Origin: Eledone cirrhosa
Lineage: Eukaryota
Direction: 5' to 3'
DNA length: 64,000 nucleotides
NCBI GenBank assembly: GCA_964016885.1
Contig: OZ024741.1
Coordinates: 44,578,001-44,642,000 of the forward strand
Every line of letters begins with the position of its first letter. Positions within the stretch are counted from its first letter, which is position 1. The notes under the pieces were generated by a model. That model saw only the letters and a program-made list of their open reading frames with translations, did no database searches and was not told where the DNA came from. The position numbers were made by a program, and so were the translations under genes. Shown piece after piece: positions 52,688-64,000 of this stretch.

Positions 52688-53350
52688 AATTTCTGATATT
52701 TGATTTAGGATTTTAATTTTTATTTCCAACTCTCACTCTTAACTTCCAATGTAAAACCATGATACCTAGAATTAAGTTTATTTTCCCTTATGAGTTGATG
52801 GTCAGTCGTACTGTCCACGCTTGGTGAGAGGTAGTATTATGACCTGCAAAAACTAACATTATCCCATCCCTCTGGCTTTCGGCTGAGTGCTACAGTCGGC
52901 ATGCGTAGCAGTAAACTATGGTACAGGCATAGGTGGGCCATTGTTTGGCTAAGAGGGTGAACTGACTAAGCGAATTTCGTTGAAATCTGCGGTAGCTAAT
53001 GGTCAACTTCCTTCGGACATGCGCCTGCGCAGACCGGTGGGGGTGAATTGGTACTCACAGGGGAGCGGATGAAATACCCAAAAGCACGCACTTCATCCGT
53101 TCCCATGTCGATTCAATTTGGATTGCCTCGGAAACATAACCTTATTATGTAACAAGCTGTCTGATGATGTCACGACACTCGTCACAGAACAGTGTGGCCA
53201 GTGTCGTCATTGAAATATATATCACAGCATTATTATTAAAGTACTTGAACATCTGAAACTACTTCGCTTTTCTTTATTCGATATTTACTCCGTCACTCCT
53301 ATGTGGAAAAAGTACGTTGAGTGCTTGAATTGAATTGCATCAATATTTAC

Positions 53351-53356
<6 letters not shown>
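52688..53356 (+). mobile_element. Non-coding PLE-like 3' region with hammerhead, between TA tracts
   Basis: GC-richer structured segment followed by a canonical hammerhead and ATTAAA; ends in (TA)n. Confidence 0.6.
53156..53228 (+). ncRNA. Type I hammerhead ribozyme (best-formed example in the window)
   Basis: GCTGT-CTGATGA-tgtcACGACACT..AGTGTCGTcatt-GAAA-TATATA-TC-ACAGC. 5-bp stem I, canonical core, AUC site. Confidence 0.8.
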
Positions 53357-53402
<46 letters not shown>

Positions 53403-53403
53403 T

Positions 53404-53464
<61 letters not shown>

Positions 53465-53514
53465 CTCTCTCCCTCTCACTCTCTGACTCTCTCACTCACT
53501 CTCTCTCTCCCACC

Positions 53515-53571
<57 letters not shown>

Positions 53572-53600
53572 CCATATATATAAATATATATAAATATATA

Positions 53601-53701
53601 TAACGAAGGAAATGTGCTAAGGAACCAGATGGACCATAACGCACCAAAGTACTCAATACTTACGGTAGTAGAGTGTGTAATAGGAACGAGTACGTTCCTA
53701 G

Positions 53702-53703
<2 letters not shown>
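53601..53703 (-). mobile_element. N-family fragment
   Basis: AACGAAGGAAATGTGCTAAGGAACCAGATGGACCATAACGCACC..AATAGGAACGAGTA. Confidence 0.8.
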
Positions 53704-53754
<51 letters not shown>

Positions 53755-53759
<5 letters not shown>

Positions 53760-54105
53760 GTTAAACAATATTCAATGAGTATATCAAAGAATGAGATTTA
53801 CAGTAGATTGGAAGCACTCTATGGAAAATAATTTTCCAGAGTTATTAATATTAAAATACAAATATTAATAAAATAGATGTTCTTTTTATCAATTACATTT
53901 TATTATACATATTTCAGATGTACAACAGTACGTCCTCATCAGACAAAATATAATGATACATGACATACCCTGAGATGTTAAATGGTTAAGATTTAATCAA
54001 GGTAGGACGTACTGATGAGGACGTACTGTTGTACATCTGAAATATGTATAATAAAATGTAATTGATAAAAAGAACATCTATTTTATTAATATTTGTATTT
54101 TAATA
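53755..54105. mobile_element. Asymmetric inverted PLE-type insertion with hammerheads
   Basis: Perfect arms about 53848-53942 and 54012-54105, left extension. Minus-strand motif 53897-53949 reads ATTTTGT-CTGATGA-ggacGTACtgttGTACatct-GAAA-TATGTA-TA-ATAAAAT. Confidence 0.8.
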
Positions 54106-54125
54106 TATATATATATATATATATG

Positions 54126-54592
54126 TACGTGGGGAGCGTCATATTTGTGTGATAATAACACACTCACTGTTTGGTTGATATTCGCATCTGTGTCTTTTAT
54201 ATCGGTTAATTTCATTTATTCGGCCTCAATGTTACGATTTACTAACCAACGGTCAGATGGTGTAGGCATACAATACAACAGGAGAAACAGGGGGAAACAT
54301 AATAGCACCACTGACGATGTTGCAGATGTGCAACGAAAGAATTTGTTAGACTAAATATATGTGTTTGTGTCTATATTATATCTGTATTCTTGACCGTTGG
54401 TCAGTCAATGGTAACATTGAGAACCGAATAAATTAAATTAACCGATATAAAAGACACGGAAGCGAAAACCAACCAAACAGTGAGTGTGTTCTGTTATTAA
54501 TTCTGGCAATATTATTACACAAATATGACCCTCCCCAAGCAAAACAATATTTGTTTCGACACACGATTTCATACCAACAACCTCGCAAAACT
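54126..54592. mobile_element. Asymmetric inverted insertion in (TA)n without a recognisable hammerhead
   Basis: Diverged arms about 54132-54256 and 54391-54537; right extension to 54592. Confidence 0.65.
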
Positions 54593-54647
54593 ATATATGT
54601 ATATATATAGATGAGATTCTACAGGATTAGAACTGTTTCATTCTTTG

Positions 54648-54682
<35 letters not shown>

Positions 54683-54719
54683 AAATATATATATATATTT
54701 ATATGTATATATATATATG

Positions 54720-54773
<54 letters not shown>

Positions 54774-54952
54774 TACATATATATATATATGCTAAGAATG
54801 CTTATATTTAAAATATTATATATTATAGTTTTATGTATGTCACTAATGCATCAGAATCTATTTCGATTTGAGCGTTAATAGTGACGACAGATTAAATTAA
54901 TCATTATCACAAAATTTCAAACATCAATTCCATTAACGTAGTGATATATGTA

Positions 54953-54988
<36 letters not shown>

Positions 54989-55179
54989 TTTATTTATTTA
55001 TATATTTATTTATTTGTACATATATAGATACATATATATGCATAAATGTAGAAATATGTATATGCATATATGTGTGCGAGCGTGTGTGCGCGTGTGCGCG
55101 TATGTACGTATGACAGTGTTTCTGTTTGATTGAGCGTGTGTGCGTATATATATATAAAAATATATATATATATATATGT

Positions 55180-55256
<77 letters not shown>

Positions 55257-56088
55257 TTACTATATGCTAATAGTAATATAAAATATGATAAAGCTTTTAA
55301 TGGCCGCATGCACGTGATGTACATTGTAAGAAAAATGGAGTTATTGATCATGTTATGCATTTACGTGTATGTGTTTCAATTTTTATGTGACTTGAAAGGA
55401 AAATATGCATAATATGCAGTAGTATTGTAATATATAACATAATGTGTTTGACGCACATTGCAATACAATTTTCAAAGGTAAACAACGTATATATTTTATG
55501 TGCTGTGCAACAAAGTAGACATTTAATTAGGTATTGTTCATTGTTTTAAATGAAATGATAACTAGAGTTAAGATAAAAACATTTACATAATAACAGTCGC
55601 CCAGTTAATCATCAACATTCCCGGGATAAAGGGTGTGTGTGTAGTTGAATCCACTACTGCAAGTATTCGAGCAAGATATTTTCCAGCATTTTGAGTGGTG
55701 GCTGCACTTCCTTACGGAGTATGTGAAAACTAGTGGCTTGATCTAAATATACAATCCATCCATTAGGACAACGAGTATTCATGCTCAACGAACAGCCTGC
55801 CCATGAAATTAACGTGCAATTAGCTGAGTATTCCACAAACAAGCGTACCTTTAACGTAGTTCTCGGGGAGATTCAGCGTAACACAAAATGTGAAAAAGTT
55901 GGCTGTTTGAATTACAGCTACAACTCATCTTTGAGCCATCAAACGCACGATGAGTCTATTTCTTCAGTATAAGGTGAATGAAATTCGTTAGGGAGAACCT
56001 ATCCAACAGCTTATAGTGTATGTAGGAATATACATATTACACAGAATTTGAAATCTACAGACGTTGAGTCTCTGTAGCAGCTGCTGGC

Positions 56089-56197
56089 AATACCTATGAT
56101 GGCTAGTAGATCACTGATGAAGGATAGTCCCTACTTCTCTTTCTAATTTCTACTTCATATGTATCACATTCGCAACAACACAGCACGCCATTTTTCA
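56089..56197 (+). mobile_element. S-family 3' fragment
   Basis: AATACCTATGATGGCTAGTAGATCACTGATGAAGGA..CATATGTA..CAGCACG..TTTTCATA. Confidence 0.65.
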
Positions 56198-56974
56198 TAT
56201 ATATATATATAACGAAGGAGGTGTGGTAAGGAACCAGATGGACCATAATGTACCACGGTACTGGAGTACAGAAGTAGCCCTCGAAACGGCAGAGCTCAAG
56301 CCGTTTCGACGGCTATTTCTGGACTAAATTAGAATTTTTAGAGTGGTAAATAAATTGCCGAACTTTTCAAGGGGTAAGTCCTTATATGGAAAGATTGTAG
56401 TTGTCAAAAGGATTGGTCAACATTTCTTGTAAACAGAATTAACTCTTTCATATCAGTAGGTGGGAGGTGGGGTGGCTGAACTTGCCTGTAGAACAATGAG
56501 GGAGTGGGTGGCGCCGGTCAAGCATCGAAAGTGAATTATTCTATACAACAAATTCTAAGGAGTGTGTATGAAATTATTGAGGGGACGTTATAGAATAGGT
56601 TAATAAATTGAGATTAAAAGATAATAAATGAATATATATAAATAATAAAAATGGATAGTAAGAAATAATAAAAAAAATCTCTAGAGTCTAAAGCAGCTGC
56701 TATATTTAGTTGGTATTGCGTTTTCGGCCAATGCTACATATCATTTACTGGGGTGGGGGTACTGAGGCGACAAACACCCGATGGGCTGCCTCGGGGTATG
56801 CGAAAGAGGAAAAAGTAAAAGGAAGAGGAGGGGGAGTGGAAAGAAGTGATAGGAAGCGATAAAGGGAAGAAGAAAAGAAAAAGGAAAAGAAAAGAAGTAC
56901 ATCAACCTATGTTAGCTGGGGTTTCCTCTATCTTGTTCAGCAAATGGGGAAAAGGAGGATGTTACAGCCATAGT

Positions 56975-57524
56975 CTACCCACACGGGTCATGAGGGTGTT
57001 TGAGGGCGAGGTAAGTCCTACGCAATCGGTGTTTACATACAGTTACAAGTTCGTCTTTTTTGTTTAGGAGTTGGTCCTTCGTAAACAGCATTTGTAATGT
57101 TTCCTCCGAGCGTATGTTACACGGACAGCGTCCTCCCGTGTAGGGGTTAGCCCTGGACAGTAAGCTCCAAATAAGATTGTATGTTATGTTATTATCTTGG
57201 AGGTCCCAGATGTGGCCCGAAAGTGTAGTGGCATGACGCCGGGCCGGGTTTCGGAACGTACGTCGGTGTTGGTAGAGCCGGGTTTTAAAGTCACAAGCGG
57301 TTAATCCTATATAGGTTTTATTGGAGGTTTCCGTCCTCACGTTGCATTGGTAGATCATGTTAGGTTCTCGGCATCTGTTGTTGTTGGGGGGGGGGGGAGG
57401 GCGGGCACGTAGATCTATCAGGGCAGTTACACCACCTGGTCGGCTCTCCACTAATGTCTAGGTTGTTTCTTCCATAGGGGTTGAGTTTCTTATTGTTTGA
57501 GGAGGCGATGTTTTGTGCGAAGTT
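56975..57524 (-). pseudogene. PLE GIY-YIG endonuclease fragment
   Basis: NFAQNIASSNNKKL (other frame), CREPNMIYQC, YIGLTACDFKTRLYQH, TTLSGHIWDL, CPCNIRSEE and LLNKKDELVTVCKH. Confidence 0.9.
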
Positions 57525-57754
57525 GTCTAGAAATAGACGTCGAAACGGCTTCAGCTCTGCCGTCGGGATTAAACATTCTCCTATTACTCACTCTACTACC
57601 CTAATTATTGAGTACTCTGGTACGTTATGGTCCATCTGGTTCTTTACCACACCTCCTTCGTTATCTAGCTCCTACCTCCGTAGTAGAGCACTTTCCGACC
57701 CTACCACGCCATACCCTGACTTTTCCATCCAGCTCAAGTTTCATTACCCTCACC

Positions 57755-58185
57755 ATGCGAAAACACAATATCAACTTCTCCACCAAGAACATCCCAGTCC
57801 ACCGAGAAAACTTTACCTTCGGATGCTCACGCAAAAAATCGACCTGTTTGCGAAAAGACTGAGATGAAGAACATTTTTCTACGAAAGATACCGCGACAAC
57901 CAGGACTTCGACACCAAGAAGGAATTCGGATTCAATACCTACAATTCTCCCCCACCGAACCCTATGCTCTCACACTTCGAGAACGACCTCTTCCACCTGG
58001 TCAAGGGTATACAATTCAAACCCAGACACAACCGATTCCTACAACTCCGTAGCAAAATAACGGAGCAAGAAAGCACCAAAGACATCCTGGTGCATTTGGA
58101 CAAAACTGGAAACCTCTATTTCGTCAACCTTGACAGATACCACACACTGATCAGGAGCAGCCTGAACTCCATAATCGATGACATA
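57755..58185 (+). pseudogene. Degenerate N-terminus of the PLE ORF
   Basis: MRKHNINFSTKNIP, YLRMLTQKIDLFAKRLR*RTFF, EFGFN, FENDLFHLVKGIQF and LDKTGNLY. Frameshifts and stops present. Confidence 0.8.
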
Positions 58186-58370
58186 AATCTAGAATTTGCT
58201 GTATATAATTCACTTTCAACGCTTGACCGGCGCCACCGACTTTCTTGTTGTTCTACAGGCAAGTTCAGCCACCCACCCCCTCCCACCCACTGCTATGTAA
58301 GAGTTCATTCTGTTTACAAGAAATTTTGACCAATCCTTTTGACAACTACAATCTTCCCATATAAGGAATT

Positions 58371-58466
58371 ACCCCTTGAAAAGTTCGGCTATTAATTTAC
58401 TACGCTAAAAATTATAATTTAGTCGAGAAATAGCCGTTGAAACGGCTTGAGCTTTTCCGTCGGGGT
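58371..58466 (+). ncRNA. Variant hammerhead-like motif of the N family (mirror copy about 56280-56375 minus)
   Basis: ACCC-CTTGAAAA-gttCGGCTATT..(35 nt)..AATAGCCGtt-GAAA-CGGC ttgagcttt tCCG-TC-GGGGT. Other copies give a perfect ACGGC/GCCGT stem III. Confidence 0.65.
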
Positions 58467-58476
58467 TAAACATCCT

Positions 58477-60353
<1,877 letters not shown>

Positions 60354-60402
60354 TGTGTATTTACATACAGAAATAAGTTACGACGCCTATTGTGCTAAGC
60401 TG

Positions 60403-60480
<78 letters not shown>

Positions 60481-60481
60481 T

Positions 60482-60512
<31 letters not shown>

Positions 60513-61000
60513 ATCTGTGTATTGTGTGTACGTGTCTGTACGCGTTTTTATGTCCAAAGATATGTGAATACGATGTTATGTTAAGTATTATGTGCTGGGT
60601 TCTCATCTGTTGTAGATTAATGGGTTAAGCTTAGATATTAATAATGCTTGTTTCATTCTGAAATTACTGATATTCTTATCTCCTGTTTCAATATTTACTC
60701 TTATGACATTGTTGCCATTTTATAACACAACTATATTCGTTGCCTTCAATAATTCAAAAGTTAGTCAGTTTCGCATTGTTACACACTTCGAATAACGCAC
60801 TACTTTATGAAATACACAAAATATTTCATGCAACTTATAACACCCCTTATATACATATATATTTAAGAAGTAAGATTCAAGGGTGAGCCCAGTCGTTCCA
60901 TGTTACCACAATTATTTTCAAGGCTAATGAGAAAAATATTATCCATGAAAATACTTCTGCAAATACGGTGGGTATATATTCTGCATCTCATTATTATCCC

Positions 61001-61114
61001 CGGTGGATTGGCAGTATCGGTAGAGGGTCGGACGCCATGCTTTGACGCATAGAGTTACGGTACTTGCCATTCTGAGTTCAAATCCCGCCGAGGTTAACTT
61101 TGCCTTTCATCCTT
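61001..61114 (+). mobile_element. SINE A 5' part, interrupted by (TA)n
   Basis: A box, B box and start of core. Confidence 0.85.
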
Positions 61115-61127
61115 ATATATTTATATA

Positions 61128-61164
<37 letters not shown>

Positions 61165-61187
61165 CTATATGAATATCTATCTCTCAT

Positions 61188-61218
<31 letters not shown>

Positions 61219-61843
61219 GTGTGTGTATATATATGTATGTATGGATATATTTACGAAAATGTATCATTAGCAATTTAAATACACGTTTACAATAAACCCG
61301 TTAGGCTTCAGTGTTTCAGATAGATATATAAACACTCAGGAACGTCCATGTTATGATACATGGTGTTTGCTAGTTGCCATTGAAATATAATTCAATACAG
61401 CGTTTGTAAATTTATTGAGACAAATATCTTCATTGAATAGAGATGAAGCACCAGTTTTTGATAAATATAATCTCTCCAGAACAAATATATGTAACTAAGG
61501 TAATGTAAATTACAGAAAACCATAGAAGTATAACTTAGAGATGTTTCCATGAAATCGATTATTCCCAGCCTTGGAAAATACTTGATGTTATGTAATATAT
61601 ATGACGCAAAATACGAAAACTAGAGAAAGAATTATACTCAATTCAATATGAATATTGACCCAATATATCTGCCATTTCCCTGCCCATCATCATCACCACC
61701 ACTATAACTCTGTAAATCAACATCATCATCTTTAGTATTACAATTATTGAACTTGCATTGTAGTTCTATATATTTTCACTCCGCGCTTCATAAATTCGTA
61801 TGTTCGAGCTTCAAGTAGTATGTTTGTTTAAATTTTCAAAGCT

Positions 61844-61910
61844 GTCCTTAGCCCAGTGACTAGAGCATCTAGCCGGTATCTTTGAGATTCGATGTTCGAT
61901 CCCTCGTCTC
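61844..61910 (+). pseudogene. Degenerate tRNA-like head
   Basis: TAGCCCAGTGACTAGAGC (A-box like) and GTTCGATCCC (B box) at tRNA spacing; stems decayed. Confidence 0.4.
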
Positions 61911-62081
61911 TAAAAGTATCTACTCTATTTTATAAGATATTTATAGACACCATTTGTACTTGGTGCTAATTCTACGCTGGATCACACTACATTTTAAATA
62001 AAATTAATATTCTCTAAGTTCTTCGTCCGGGCTTCGCATAATGTATAATTCCCTTCTTTAAGATAAGGTCAGACAACGAAC

Positions 62082-63640
62082 ATTTCCGAAAATATAAAGA
62101 ATTCTTTATTAGAAAATACAAATCACTACTGAACACAAAAAAGTGATATTCCATTTTCCATCCAACAATACTTAGGAGTTGAAGCTGTTGTCCTCTGGAT
62201 TACAAAACACCCAGACTACATTTCAGAGAGATACCCAAAAAAATTTATTTTGGAAGGACTCAAACTAGTACTGGAGAACAACCACTTCCTTTTTGATAAC
62301 GAACTATATTTACAAATAAAAAGAACGGCCATGGGCCACAAAGTGGCCCCAACATATGCAACACTCGTTATGGGCCACCTGGAGGCAAAATTACATTCCA
62401 AACTGCAGGAAACATTCAGTCATGACTTCGCCACCTACATTAATCACAACTGGAAACGCTACCTAGACGACTGCTTCATTTTCTGGAATAGAAGCCAAGA
62501 AGACCTGCAAAGATTCCATTCCATCATAAACAATCTTCAAGAAGAAATAAAATTCACCATGAAATGTAATAAAAAGGAACTACCGTTCCTGGATATCCTT
62601 ATCATTAAGGAAGGGGAAAATATCAAAACGGACTTATTTTACAAACCAACGGACACACACCAATACTTGAATTTCCGTTCAGCACACCCATCACATACCA
62701 AAGGAAACATTCCTTTTAACATGGCAAGACGCATCTGCACCATAGTGACACACCCCACACTACATAAAAAAAGATTATATGAATTAAAAGAATTCCTTAT
62801 AAGACAAGAATATCCGGTGAACCTCATCAACACAGCGATCTCCAAAGCCCAGAACATCCCAGTGACAACACTGAGAAAAGCAAAGCAACAAAATAGAATG
62901 GAAAAAACAGTTATACCTTTTGTCATCACTCACAATCTAAGGAATTTCAAAATTATGAAAGCCGCCAAACAATATCTCCCGATCTCCAGCAATCCGCTAA
63001 AATAAATACACTCTAAAAGACGCACAAATTATATATAGTAGACGCCAAGCACCCAACCTAAAGAAACTGCTTACCAAGGCGAAATTTACGTCTAATAATG
63101 GAAATTAAGAAATGCGGGTATCCTCGATGCGGAACGTGCGAACACATTAAAGAGGGTGGACAAATCTCATTTAAACACAACCAGTCTTTCACAGTTAATG
63201 CAAACTTGAATTGCAAAACAAAAAAAAATTGATTTACTGTGCAACCTGCCCACAATCTAAGGAATACTACATTGTTGAAACCGGAACGGCATACATGACA
63301 GAGTTCGAGTACATAAGCAACAAATTAGAGATCTCTCTGTCAGAAACACCACATGCAGAGAACACTTCGCAACACACGGAAAGGGAAATTTCTAAATTTT
63401 CCGAAAATATAAAGAAGAATTCTTTATTATAAAATACAAACCACTACTGAACACAAAAAAGTGATATTCCATCTTCAAGTAACGGGATTCTCCCCCTCTC
63501 TTTTCTTTAAAAGAAATCTCATAGGGAAAAAGAAAAAATAGTTGATGACACCGTACTTTCAAATATTCGATCGCTGAAGAGAAGAAAAACCCTCAGAGGT
63601 ACAATAACATTTCATTAATTTCCCCTTCCACACACCAATG
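62082..63640 (+). mobile_element. 5'-truncated Neptune-type PLE with direct repeat of the ORF end
   Basis: About 72-bp direct repeat at about 62082-62153 and 63396-63472, RT and endonuclease remnants, degenerate CTGAAGA at about 63574. Confidence 0.85.
62160..63450 (+). pseudogene. PLE RT and GIY-YIG remnant
   Basis: YLQIKRTAMGHKVAPTYATLVMG, RYLDDCF, LPFLD, KPTDTHQYL, CGYPRCGTC and LIYCATCP..YIVETG. Confidence 0.9.
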
Positions 63641-63810
63641 TATATATGAACTTAAAACACTTGAGTAGATGTGTGTACATATATGTATGTATATATGTGT
63701 TTTTTTTTATATATGTGTCTATAGGTATACAGATATATGTGTACATGATTATATGTATGTGTGCATATGTGTGTGCGTATCTATGTGCATGTAGGCATGT
63801 GCGTATGTGT

Positions 63811-63925
<115 letters not shown>

Positions 63926-63937
63926 TTATATTTAATA

Positions 63938-64000
63938 TAGAAAAGCTTCTACATGACTAGAACTGTTTCATTCATGCGAAATCATCTCAAGCTAGCTAGC
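63938..64000 (-). mobile_element. End of another PLE-like pLTR at the window edge (related stub at about 54609-54647)
   Basis: Minus strand CTTGAGATGA..GAAACAGTTCTAGTC followed by (TA)n. Confidence 0.4.

Noticed and set aside
52795-52970. HDV-like ribozyme or group I intron core (TCCACGC, GGCTAA, GACTA)
   Set aside because: Required helices and element order could not be satisfied.
57865-57867. In-frame TGA as selenocysteine in the PLE ORF
   Set aside because: Falls at a position that is normally Trp (R-W) in a copy with other frameshifts, so a simple nonsense mutation.

Overview
AT-rich animal genomic DNA, dense in microsatellites, with no recognisable host gene. The SINE sequences and (TA)n density suggest an octopod cephalopod (inference). 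Almost all short ORFs in the track are microsatellite artefacts. Real coding content is transposon-derived. There is one intact RTE LINE (1181 aa, APE-RT-3xC2H2), whose 14-bp TSD also encloses 1.2 kb of extra 5' sequence. There is one near full-length degenerate Neptune-type Penelope-like element (PLE), several other PLE RT/GIY-YIG fragments, and decayed RTE- and R4-like LINEs. tRNA-SINEs and two MITEs are also present. The dominant unexplained structure is a set of more than 15 short non-coding insertions sitting in (TA)n tracts. Most are asymmetric head-to-head inverted repeats carrying hammerhead-ribozyme-like motifs from many unrelated families. Four observations stand out. (i) One PLE family has copies that all start at a fixed initiator-like point inside loop II of a variant (CUUGAAAA) hammerhead, so the mini-copies look like retrocopies of the transcript 5' end primed internally by (TA)n. 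(ii) A roughly 500-nt non-coding, terminally redundant, retrozyme-like family carries a covarying non-hammerhead hairpin. (iii) A tRNA-like unit is integrated in the same PLE-type inverted geometry. (iv) An ORF-less RTE 5'+3' derivative is fused to a SINE. All alignments and folds were done by eye, and boundaries are approximate unless stated.
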